From: a bacterium
GTDB lineage: Bacteria > Electryoneota > Electryoneia > Electryoneales > Electryoneaceae
Reading direction: 5' to 3'
Length of the DNA: 64,000 bases
Assembly (NCBI GenBank): GCA_963675295.2
Contig: CAXXKJ010000002.1
Span: forward strand, 32,001-96,000
Position 1 is the stretch's first letter; each line of letters opens with the position of its first letter. The position numbers were made by a program, and so were the translations under genes. Below the pieces are notes generated by a model. That model was given only the letters and a program-made list of their open reading frames with translations. It was not told where the DNA came from and did no database searches. This document shows, piece after piece, positions 40,269 through 49,313 of the stretch.

Positions 40269-40460
40269 CAGTTGCCAGTGGTCAGTGAACAGTGGTCAGT
40301 GACTGCCCCGACCAGCTTGCTGGTCGGGATTCGGGAAAGCCAACGACGAGATCCTTCACTGCGTTCAGGATGACACCCCTGGTCCGCAGTTTTCATGCCC
40401 CAGACATTTATGTCTGGGATCATCCACCCGCTCGTGTGCCCCTGATGGCTCCGCCAGCAG
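40269..40460. repeat. Composite intergenic repeat block (heptads plus several REP-like hairpins)
   Basis: CAGTGGT/CAGTGAA heptads; CCCGACCAGC-tt-GCTGGTCGGG; GAGATCCTTCAC...GATGACAC; CCCAGACAT-tt-ATGTCTGGG; GTGCCCCTGATGGCTCCGCCAGCAG. Confidence 0.75.
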
Positions 40461-40530
40461 AGTTCAATAACCTGCGGTTCGCCCGCGTCTGCAAGCAGAC
40501 ACGGCCAGTTCGCAACTTCCAGATCCCAAC

Positions 40531-42195
40531 TTACGTCAGGCGCGCGCCATGCACGATATCGTCGTAGAACTTTTCGCCGACCCGCAGATGGTCCGGCAGC
40601 GGCGCTTCTTCGTCCAGGTCGAGGCAGCGCAGTTTGCCGTCCTCTTCCTTGTACCGCAGGCCGCTTTCCGGGCAGGTGTAGATGCCGTCCTTGTCCGCGT
40701 CACGCAGCGGAAGTCCGTGCCGGCTGACCCAGCCCTTCTGCTTCGCCGGAACGCCGATCATCAGCGCGTAATCCGGCACGTTGGCGGTCACCACCGCGCC
40801 CGCACCTACGAACGCGTAGCGTCCGACCTCGATGCCGCAGACTACGGTCGCGTTCGCACCGATCGAGCAGCCGCGACGCAGGATGGTCTTCTCGTACAGG
40901 CTGTGCCGCAGCACCTGCGACCGTGGGTTGGTCACATTGGTCAGCACGCAGCTCGGGCCGAGGAAGACATCATCCTCGATTACCAGGCCGGTGTAAAGGC
41001 TGACGTTATTCTGCACCTTGACGTTGTTGCCGACGATGACATTGCTGTCGATGTTGACGTTCTGGCCGAAGACGCACTTCTTGCCGATCTTCGCGTTCTT
41101 CATCACGTGGCCGAAGTGCCAGATCTTGGTGCCCTCGCCAATCTCGCACGGCTGATCAACCACGGCGGTCGGGTGCGCGAACCACGGCTTTTCGTCCGTC
41201 TTCTGCGGCTCACGGCTGACGGCGATGGTCTTGCCATTTTGCTCGAGGCTGTCCTGGCAGTAGTTCAGCATGCGGAGGACATTCAGCCCTTCCTGCGCGT
41301 CGCTGATCGGCGCCTTGCGGCTGTCGACGGCATCGAGGAACGCCTGACACTCGTTCTTCAGCGGCTCTTCCAGCGGCACTTCGACGACTTCCTTGTCCGC
41401 CTTGTGCGCGGTCGGCATCTGGTTTTCCCACGTCACCTTGTGCGGGTAGGTCACCAGCTTGTCGGCGGATGTGTCTTCGAACACCGCCATCTTTTCGCTG
41501 CCCACGACCACCAGGCGCTGCTCCTTGAACGGGTGCAGCCAGCTGACGTGAATGTGCGCCTGCACGTTGTTCGGGAAGCTGAAGACGGACAGCGTCGAGT
41601 CGGCGACATCGTGCGTCAGGTGTGCCTTGCCGTGGCAGGAAACGTATTCCGGCTCGGTGTTCAGCAGGCTGAGGATGACGCTGATATCATGCGGCGCGAA
41701 ACTCCAGAGGATGTTCTCCTCGGTGCGGATCTTGCCGATCGACAGACGGTTGGAGTAGATGTACTGGATGCGGCCCAGTTCGCCGGAATGAACCAGTTCC
41801 TTCAATTTGCGCACGGCCGGGTGGTACTGCAGGATGTGACCGACCATCAGCACGCGGTCCAGCTTCGCTGCGAGATCGACCAGCGCGCGGCCGTCCTTCT
41901 CGGTCAACGCGAGCGGCTTTTCGACGAACACGTCCTTGCCCGCTTCGAGGGCGGTGCGGACGACGTCATAATGGGTCACCGCCGGCGTTGCGATCGCGAC
42001 CGCCTTGACGTCGTCATCGGCGAGCACGGCCCGCATGTCGGTGGTAAAGCCGACGCCCGGATACTGGCTGGTGACGGCTTCTTCGCGCGATGGGTCGGCG
42101 TCACAGACCGTCTTCAACGCGCCAAGATTGTGAAAATTACGGACAAGGTTCTTGCCCCAGTAGCCCATGCCCAGCACAGCGACTTTGCTGCTCAT
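40531..42195 (-). CDS. Fused UDP-GlcNAcA 3-dehydrogenase (WbpB-like) and N-acetyltransferase (WbpD-like)
   Basis: N-terminal Gfo/Idh/MocA domain (GMGYWG, VEKP, APHD); C-terminal KIWHF, QNNVS, GPSCVLTN and GANATVVCG hexapeptide domain. Confidence 0.9.
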   Translation of the reverse strand: MSSKVAVLGMGYWGKNLVRNFHNLGALKTVCDADPSREEAVTSQYPGVGFTTDMRAVLADDDVKAVAIATPAVTHYDVVRTALEAGKDVFVEKPLALTEKDGRALVDLAAKLDRVLMVGHILQYHPAVRKLKELVHSGELGRIQYIYSNRLSIGKIRTEENILWSFAPHDISVILSLLNTEPEYVSCHGKAHLTHDVADSTLSVFSFPNNVQAHIHVSWLHPFKEQRLVVVGSEKMAVFEDTSADKLVTYPHKVTWENQMPTAHKADKEVVEVPLEEPLKNECQAFLDAVDSRKAPISDAQEGLNVLRMLNYCQDSLEQNGKTIAVSREPQKTDEKPWFAHPTAVVDQPCEIGEGTKIWHFGHVMKNAKIGKKCVFGQNVNIDSNVIVGNNVKVQNNVSLYTGLVIEDDVFLGPSCVLTNVTNPRSQVLRHSLYEKTILRRGCSIGANATVVCGIEVGRYAFVGAGAVVTANVPDYALMIGVPAKQKGWVSRHGLPLRDADKDGIYTCPESGLRYKEEDGKLRCLDLDEEAPLPDHLRVGEKFYDDIVHGARLT

Positions 42196-42488
42196 GCGAA
42201 ATGTCCTTCGGTTGATCCCGTGTGGGAAAAAACGGTGAAATCGAGGTAAGTCCCCCTACGGACCCCAAGATACAACGGTTGAAAACCAGCGAAGCAGACT
42301 CTACGCTATTCGCTCTCCGGTGTCAAGCTCCGGTATCAGGAGCCCGGTTCCGTAACTGCGGCATTCTGAACGGACTTTGGTGAATTTTGCATTCACCGGG
42401 ACCGGAGGATTTCAGAGAGAAAGCGGCTGCCAAAGCTGGCAGCCGCGGATAGCAATCAAACGATTCCGGACAGGCCGGATCATCGCGC

Positions 42489-43046
42489 TTAGTAGACGAA
42501 GATCCGCACGCCGAGCTGGAGACCGAACTTGTTGCCGGTGATCCAGTCATCTTCATACTTGTCGTAGAAGTGCAGCTCGTAGTAGAGACCGCCGGTCACG
42601 CCAACATTCTGGTTCAGCAGGTACATGTACCCGCCGCCGAGTTCGGTGGCGACATGGGTCTCATTGAAGCTGCCACGGCTGGCTGTGTCGTAAAACAGTC
42701 CACCCAACGAAACACGCGCCTGCACATAGGGATAACCCGGGCCGTACTGCTTGAAATAATAGCCAATGCGCGGGCCGAGCTCAATCTCGAACAAGCTGTA
42801 GTTGGCGTAATCTTCAACGTTGAGGTTGAAATATGCGCCCAACGTCGTGTTGTGGTTCAGGAAAATGGCAAAGTGCGGACGAAAATCATACTGGTAGAAA
42901 CCTTCCTGGCTTTCGTCCCCAGACCAGACATCCCCACCACGGTTTTCGAAGCCTGTGCCTCCGCCAAACTCGATCACGGTTGCTTCCGCGTGTTGCACGG
43001 AAAAGACCATCATCAACGCAAGCACCACCCAGGCCAACTTTTTCAT
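42489..43046 (-). CDS. Small outer-membrane beta-barrel protein
   Basis: Signal peptide MKKLAW...AEA; alternating aromatic/Gly strands; ends in aromatic residues (RIFVY); RBS GAGGAG. Confidence 0.75.
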   Translation of the reverse strand: MKKLAWVVLALMMVFSVQHAEATVIEFGGGTGFENRGGDVWSGDESQEGFYQYDFRPHFAIFLNHNTTLGAYFNLNVEDYANYSLFEIELGPRIGYYFKQYGPGYPYVQARVSLGGLFYDTASRGSFNETHVATELGGGYMYLLNQNVGVTGGLYYELHFYDKYEDDWITGNKFGLQLGVRIFVY

Positions 43047-43275
43047 CTCTCGCTCCTCGTTCCGACGGGTCATGGAGAGCGTATACAGGTTCTGGACAAC
43101 CGTCCTGGAATACCGACCCAACCATTGACGCAAAAATAGGTTGCTCAGCTGAAAAAATCTACTCTTAATCGCAGGGGAGTTCTTCCCCCTGTGCTGCCGT
43201 ACTTCCAACCAAACTTACCAAGTATAACTATTATCTGTGCCGAGCGCAGTATCCGTCGCGAGACGGATCGCTCGC

Positions 43276-44322
43276 CTACTCTCCGTAAAAATCTTTGAAC
43301 CAATCGACAAATCTCGGGATGCCTTCCTCCAGCGTAATTCCCGGCGAATAGCCGACATCGCGCTTCAGGTCCTCCACATTCGCGAAGGTCGATTTGACAT
43401 CTCCGGGCTGCATCGGCTCGAGCTTCACCTCAGTCGTCTTGCCCATCGATTCTTCAATCAGCTCGAGGAATCGCCGCAAATTGACCGGTCTCCCCGCGCC
43501 GATATTGTACACCCGATAGGGAGCCGGACTGGAGCCCGGATCCGGGTCGTCACCATTCCATGCACGGTTTGGTGACGGAATGTGATCGAGTGCGGCGACC
43601 GTTCCGGCGGCGATATCGTCCACGTACGTGAAGTCCCGTTCCATGTCGCCGTGGTTGTACAAACTGAGCGGATCGCCGTTCTGAATCGCCTTGCAGAATT
43701 TAACCGGCGCCATGTCCGGCCGTCCCCACGGACCATACACCGTGAAGTACCGCAATCCGGTCACCGGCAGCCGGAACAGATGTGCGTACGAGTGCGCGAT
43801 CAGCTCGTTCGACTTCTTCGTCGCGGCATACAGGCTGATCGGATGATCGACGTTGTCGTGCACCGTGAACGGCATCTTTGTGTTCATGCCGTACACCGAG
43901 CTCGACGACGCGAACACGAGGTGATCAACCCTTGTCTGTCGGCAGGCCTCGAGCACGTTGAAAAAACCGATCACATTGGCGTCGATGTACGCCTGCGGGT
44001 TCTCAATCGAATAGCGCACACCCGGCTGGGCGGCAAGGTGGATCACACGACGGAACTTGTGTTCGGCGAACAACCCGTTCACCGTATCGGCATCCCGCAG
44101 GTCGCCCTTAACAAACGTGAAGCCGTTCAGCTTCTGCAGCTCGGCGACACGAGCTTCCTTCAGCGCGACATCGTAGTACGGATTCAGGTTATCAATGCCA
44201 ACAACCACCCGTCCCGCTTCCAGCAGTTGGCGCGAAACGTGGTAGCCGATGAATCCGGCGCTCCCGGTGACGAGCACCGGCGCGGTGTGTTGTGAAGCAG
44301 ACGTGTTGGCTTCGCTGGTCAT
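43276..44322 (-). CDS. UDP-glucuronate 4-epimerase (CapI/WcaG-like)
   Basis: VTGSAGFIG, HLAAQPGVRYS, YAATKK and FTVYGPWGRPDMA motifs. Confidence 0.92.
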   Translation of the reverse strand: MTSEANTSASQHTAPVLVTGSAGFIGYHVSRQLLEAGRVVVGIDNLNPYYDVALKEARVAELQKLNGFTFVKGDLRDADTVNGLFAEHKFRRVIHLAAQPGVRYSIENPQAYIDANVIGFFNVLEACRQTRVDHLVFASSSSVYGMNTKMPFTVHDNVDHPISLYAATKKSNELIAHSYAHLFRLPVTGLRYFTVYGPWGRPDMAPVKFCKAIQNGDPLSLYNHGDMERDFTYVDDIAAGTVAALDHIPSPNRAWNGDDPDPGSSPAPYRVYNIGAGRPVNLRRFLELIEESMGKTTEVKLEPMQPGDVKSTFANVEDLKRDVGYSPGITLEEGIPRFVDWFKDFYGE

Positions 44323-44355
44323 CAGCCGTTGTTGTTGGTCTTCCCCATGCCACAT

Positions 44356-44490
44356 GTGCCCCTGATGGCTCCGCCAGCAGGGCTTATCCGTCAATCAATC
44401 AGCTGTCTGCCCCGACCAGCTTGCTGGTCGGGCTTATCCGTCAATCAACCCACCGCCCGCAAACCGCAGCCCATTGCCTACAGCCTACAG
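44356..44490. repeat. Two REP-like hairpins sharing a GGGCTTATCCGTCAATCAA tail, plus heptads
   Basis: Direct duplication of the tail at ~44380 and ~44430; CCTACAG heptads overlapping the upstream stop codon. Confidence 0.7.
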
Positions 44491-45900
44491 AAACACCACT
44501 TTCGCCTTCACATCACCCGCCTTGTCCACCAGGATGTTGCGGGTATCGAACACCACGGACGCATGTTCCATGATCATGTCATAATCGACATTTTGTTTGT
44601 GTCCTGTGGTGATGATGATCAAATCCTGCTCCGCGAGCGTCTCCGGAGTCAACGGTGTCGATTCGACCATCCCGCTGTCTTCCATCTTCGCTTTCGGGCA
44701 ATACGGGTCGTGGTAGCTCATCACCGCGCCGCGTCGTTCCAGCAGCATGTACACATCCAGCGCCGGCGATTCACGCAGATCGTCGATGTCGTTCTTGTAC
44801 GCCATCCCGATCAGCATGATTTTCGAGCCGTTGAGCGGCTTCTTCTCGTCGTTCAGCAGCGCGCCCGCGCGGTTGACCACCCAGCGCGGCATGTCGGTGT
44901 TGATCTCGGTCGCGAGGTCAATGAAGCGGGTCTTGTATTCCATTGACCGCATTTTCCACGCGAGGTAGCTCGGGTCGATCGGGATGCAGTGCCCGCCCAA
45001 TCCCGGACCGGGGTAGAATGGCATGAAGCCGAACGGTTTCGTCGCGGCGGCGTCGATGATCTCCCACACATTCACTTCGAGCAGGTGGCAGATGATCGCG
45101 AGTTCATTGACCAGGCCGATGTTGATCGCGCGGAAGGTGTTTTCGTACAGCTTGACCATTTCCGCGGCGGTGGTCGAACTCAGCGGCACCGGCTTGTCCA
45201 CGATCTGCCCGTAAAACGTTGTCGCGATCTCAGTGCAGGCCGCGGTTACGCCACCCACCACCTTCGGCGTATTTTTCGGGCCGTGGGTTGCGTTCCCCGG
45301 GTCGATGCGTTCCGGGCTGAACGCGACAAAGATGTCCTCGCCGATCGTAAGGCCGGCCTCTTCGACCGCCGGAACGAACAGATCTTCGGTGGTGCCGGGG
45401 TACGTCGTCGATTCCAGCGAGATCAGCATGCCGGGATGCAGATGTTTTTTCATCGCGGTCAACGCGCTGACCACGAAGCTGAGGTCAGGGTCGCCGGTCT
45501 TGACCAGCGGAGTCGGCACGGTGATCAGGACAACGTCCAGCTCGCGCACGATGGCGTAGTCAGTGGTCGCGTCCAGCTTGCCGGCGTCCACATGCTTCTT
45601 CGCGGCGTTGGCGGGCACATCCTGGATGTAGCTTTCGCCACGGTTGATCTGGTCGACCCGGCGGCTGTCAACTTCGATACCGGTGACATGAAAGCCGGCG
45701 TCCGCGGTGATCTCGGCCATCGGATAGCCGACATAGCCCATACCAATGATCCCGACACGGGCGGTGCGGGCTTCGATCCGATCTTTCAGAGTCCTGGCAT
45801 GTGTCGAAAGCACGGCGGTACCGGCTTGAAAGGGAGCAGCGAACGATGCGCCGCTGGCCGTGGCCCGCGCACCGGTGCTGACATCGGCGACCATCTTCAT
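44485..45900 (-). CDS. UDP-N-acetylhexosamine 6-dehydrogenase (WbpA/WbpO family)
   Basis: IIGMGYVG, ESTTYPGTT, FSPERIDPG and GPGLGGHCIPIDP motifs; start uncertain (45813-45900). Confidence 0.9.
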   Translation of the reverse strand: MKMVADVSTGARATASGASFAAPFQAGTAVLSTHARTLKDRIEARTARVGIIGMGYVGYPMAEITADAGFHVTGIEVDSRRVDQINRGESYIQDVPANAAKKHVDAGKLDATTDYAIVRELDVVLITVPTPLVKTGDPDLSFVVSALTAMKKHLHPGMLISLESTTYPGTTEDLFVPAVEEAGLTIGEDIFVAFSPERIDPGNATHGPKNTPKVVGGVTAACTEIATTFYGQIVDKPVPLSSTTAAEMVKLYENTFRAINIGLVNELAIICHLLEVNVWEIIDAAATKPFGFMPFYPGPGLGGHCIPIDPSYLAWKMRSMEYKTRFIDLATEINTDMPRWVVNRAGALLNDEKKPLNGSKIMLIGMAYKNDIDDLRESPALDVYMLLERRGAVMSYHDPYCPKAKMEDSGMVESTPLTPETLAEQDLIIITTGHKQNVDYDMIMEHASVVFDTRNILVDKAGDVKAKVVFL

Positions 45901-46083
45901 CAGTGATGTCTCAACTGGCTGAGGGTTGATGCAAAAGGTTTGCCGTCCGCGCCAACGTGGTTTCGCGACACGAAATCCACGCCTCGACGGCAAGGGACCG
46001 GGGAATGTAGGGCGCTGGAACGATAGACACAACCAGCCGCCGGGGTAGTTCGTCCTCCTGAGACATGGCTAACACCGCGGACG

Positions 46084-48363
46084 TCACCTCCCCATCGGGG
46101 GTTCATCGCCGCGGCGGAACAGTTCGGTGTAGACATCGGCGCTGAGCGGGCCCGCGCGCATGCCGGTTTCACGGTCGATCTGGACTTCGACCACACCCAC
46201 CGGCAGCTCGAAGTCGTCGTACGGATATTGTTTCGCCTCGTACGCCCATTTCATGTACCGTGCCCAGATCGGCAATGCCGCCACCGACCCAGCCTGTCCC
46301 GGTCCGAGGCTGACCTTCGGATCGTCGAACCCGACCCAGACCACGGTCACCAGGTACGGTGTGAACCCGGCAAACCAGGCATTATTGAAGTTGTTCGTGG
46401 TGCCGGTCTTGCCACCGGCCGGCGCGTAGAAACCGTATTTCCACCGTGCCGACCCGCCGGTGCCGCGATTGATCACATCCTCGAGCATGTTGGTCATGAT
46501 CGCGGCGGTTTCCTCGCTAAGCACGGCGTCCCGTTCCACCGGAACGTTGAGGATTTCCTGCCCGTTCTTGTCGTCGATCCGCTTGATCGCGCGCGGGGTA
46601 ACCCGTGTCCCGCCGGTCGCGAAGACGCCGTAGGCCGTGACCACGTCCAGCGGGATGACGTCATTCGCGCCCAACGCCACGGCTGGATACGGCTGAAGCT
46701 CCGTTCGAATCCCCATCCGGTGCGCGGTCTGGATTACTGCCTTGATCGGGATGACGCGCTCGTCGCCTGCGACCATGCGCACAGTCACGTTGTTCAGCGA
46801 CCGTTTCAGCGCCTCGCGCATGGTGACATATTCGCCACGGTTGGTGATGTCGTAATTTTCCGGCCGCCACCAGGTACCATCATCCAATAGAACCGGCTGC
46901 ACCATATTGAGTACGCGATGATTACCGTAAATACCGTTATCGACAGCAGTTGCGTATACAAATGGTTTAAAGACCGACCCCGGCTGACGTGCAGCCTGCA
47001 CTGCGCGGTTGTACTTCGACTCCCGGAAATCGCGTCCTCCGATCATCGCCAGCACATCCCCGGTTTTCGGGTCCATCGACACCAGCGCGACCTGCACCTG
47101 GAACCGTTCGTGAATGATCGAATCGACCAGCGCGCTGTCCCGCATCGCGCGTGACGCCAGTAGTTTCGCCGAATCGGTCAACGCCTCCTCGTACAACAGG
47201 CTGTCCATGCCGGGATGCCGCTCGGCGAATCCACCCGCGAGCAGCGAATCGCGGTTCTGCGCGGTGAGGTGATCGTGCACATACCCCCGCGCTCGTGTCG
47301 CCTCGAAGGTCGCCTGCCATTGTACCAGGTGGGAGTCCACCGCCGCTTCGGCCAGCCGTTGCAGGGTGGAATCCAGCGTGGTGTGAACCGTCAGTCCGTC
47401 CCGGTAGTAATCGAACCCGTATTTCGTTTCCATTTCTTCCAGCTGACGCCGCACCCATTCGGTGAAGTGCGGGCCGGTGCCGAGCTGGTCTTCGCTCGCC
47501 TCACCGAGTACGACCTCACTGGCGGAAGCAGCACGGTAGGTCGCAGCGTCGATGTACCCGGCATCCCGCATCATCGACAGCACGACATTCCGCCGCTGCT
47601 TCGCCTTGTCCGGGTAGCGCAACGGGGTATAGTTGTTCGGCGCCTTCAAAAGGCCCACGATCAACGCCGCCTCCGGCAGGTTCAGTTCGCTGGCGGACTT
47701 GTTGAAGTACAGCCGTGCCGCCGCTTCCGCACCGTATGCCCCGTGCCCGAAGTACATCTGCGTGAAGTACATCGTGAGGATTTCGTCCTTGGCGTACGTG
47801 CGCTCGATCTGCACGGCGGTAATCGCCTCGCGGATCTTCCGTTCCCACGTCTGCCGCAGGTGCAGGTGCAAATTGCGGGCGAGCTGCTGGGTCAGGGTGG
47901 ACGCACCTTGTTCGGTGGACATGCTGCTCAGGTTGACAACCGCCGCGCGCAGAATGCCCAGTGGGTCCACGCCCCAGTGCTTGTAAAAACGCTGGTCCTC
48001 GGTGGCGAGCACGGCGTCCACGAGATGTGGCGACAGCGAGTCGAGCGGCACCACGACACGCCGTTCGGTGTAGAATTCCTTCAGCGGACGATCATCCCGG
48101 TCGAGCACCTTGGTCACCAGCCGCGGCTCGTAGGTTTCGAGCTGCTGCAGGCTGGGCAGATCGGTGGAAAACGCGCGGATGATGAGCAGCAGGACGATCA
48201 GTCCGGCGAATGCGACGGAAAGCCCGTAGATCGCTACGCGTTTGAACGACGCGGTGCGGAAATGCAGCAGAAATTTGCGCAGAATGTTACTCGAGGATTT
48301 CTTTTTCTTCGGAGGAGCCACATCGCGTGGCTTGCGTGGTTCCTGTCCCTCAGCACGGCTCAT
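46084..48363 (-). CDS. mrcA: Class A penicillin-binding protein 1A
   Basis: TM anchor; EDQRFYKHWG and GASTLTQQLARN (transglycosylase); SVFK, SLN and KTG (transpeptidase). Confidence 0.92.
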   Translation of the reverse strand: MSRAEGQEPRKPRDVAPPKKKKSSSNILRKFLLHFRTASFKRVAIYGLSVAFAGLIVLLLIIRAFSTDLPSLQQLETYEPRLVTKVLDRDDRPLKEFYTERRVVVPLDSLSPHLVDAVLATEDQRFYKHWGVDPLGILRAAVVNLSSMSTEQGASTLTQQLARNLHLHLRQTWERKIREAITAVQIERTYAKDEILTMYFTQMYFGHGAYGAEAAARLYFNKSASELNLPEAALIVGLLKAPNNYTPLRYPDKAKQRRNVVLSMMRDAGYIDAATYRAASASEVVLGEASEDQLGTGPHFTEWVRRQLEEMETKYGFDYYRDGLTVHTTLDSTLQRLAEAAVDSHLVQWQATFEATRARGYVHDHLTAQNRDSLLAGGFAERHPGMDSLLYEEALTDSAKLLASRAMRDSALVDSIIHERFQVQVALVSMDPKTGDVLAMIGGRDFRESKYNRAVQAARQPGSVFKPFVYATAVDNGIYGNHRVLNMVQPVLLDDGTWWRPENYDITNRGEYVTMREALKRSLNNVTVRMVAGDERVIPIKAVIQTAHRMGIRTELQPYPAVALGANDVIPLDVVTAYGVFATGGTRVTPRAIKRIDDKNGQEILNVPVERDAVLSEETAAIMTNMLEDVINRGTGGSARWKYGFYAPAGGKTGTTNNFNNAWFAGFTPYLVTVVWVGFDDPKVSLGPGQAGSVAALPIWARYMKWAYEAKQYPYDDFELPVGVVEVQIDRETGMRAGPLSADVYTELFRRGDEPPMGR

Positions 48364-49106
48364 TCGTCTACCTCGGATCGCGGCAGTCCGCCTTCAATCA
48401 GGCCGTAGCGGCTTTCTTCCATGTACGGCCCCGGGTTGAAGAAGAAGCCACCGTCGATGTCTTCGAGAAACATCTGGTGGATGTGTCCGATCACGACCAC
48501 GTCGTGACCGTTTCGCAAAATGGCGCGTGCGGTTGACCGGTATTCCCTGCGCACCGGCAGCTCGCCTTCGTCGGTGTGGTTCTTGTCACCACCGAGCGCG
48601 CTGGCCCATTTGCCAATTTGCATCGCGAGATCGGGATGGATAACGCTGCCGAACAACCGTTGCACCACCCTGTTTCGGAACACGGCCTTCATGCGCCGAT
48701 AGTTCCGGTCGCTCTCCGCGAACCCGTCTCCGTGGTGGAAATAGTAGCGGCGGCCATCCAGTGTGATGGTCCACTCATCCAGGTGTGTCTCCGCGCCCAC
48801 ATACTTGCGCAGAAACCGGCCTAACTTAAAGTCGTGATTCCCCGCAAAAATATGCACCGGGATCCCAGAGCGCGTCAGATCGTGTAACAGAGACAGCAAC
48901 GGGAACGCTCGCTTGGGAACAACGTGTACCCACTCGAACCAGAAGTCGAACGTGTCACCGAGTAGCACCAGCATGCCGAGCGTGTCTCGATAGCGCTCGA
49001 TCAATTGGGTCATCCGTGCCAACTCGGCGTCCGCGCCTGGACGCCCATCCAACGGAACATGCGCATCCGCGATGATCAGCACTCGATTTTCGGGGGAGGT
49101 TTTCAT
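48360..49106 (-). CDS. lpxH: UDP-2,3-diacylglucosamine diphosphatase (LpxH-like)
   Basis: IADAH, LGDTFDFW, GNHD, HGD and GHIH metallophosphoesterase motifs. Confidence 0.85.
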   Translation of the reverse strand: MKTSPENRVLIIADAHVPLDGRPGADAELARMTQLIERYRDTLGMLVLLGDTFDFWFEWVHVVPKRAFPLLSLLHDLTRSGIPVHIFAGNHDFKLGRFLRKYVGAETHLDEWTITLDGRRYYFHHGDGFAESDRNYRRMKAVFRNRVVQRLFGSVIHPDLAMQIGKWASALGGDKNHTDEGELPVRREYRSTARAILRNGHDVVVIGHIHQMFLEDIDGGFFFNPGPYMEESRYGLIEGGLPRSEVDE

Positions 49107-49230
49107 GCCTGAATCTCGAACGTTGGTCCGTGCGTCACAAGCACGTTTCAGGATTGGGGAGCAAGGTAAGAGCACGAGTCCAGTCGTGCTTGCGCCACCC
49201 TGAGAGACAAGCTATGTTATTCTTATGATT

Positions 49231-49307
49231 TTGACACTCAACCTTGTTACTACGTAGTAGCATGGGTTCATAGCACGAAGAGATTCACGTAGTATTGTTT
49301 AAGGAGG
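49231..49307 (+). promoter_or_regulatory. Putative sigma70 promoter with a palindromic operator, plus RBS
   Basis: TTGACA at 49231; palindrome TACTACGTAGTA (49248-49259) over the expected -10 position; AAGGAGG at 49301. Confidence 0.45.
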
Positions 49308-49313
49308 AAGTAC

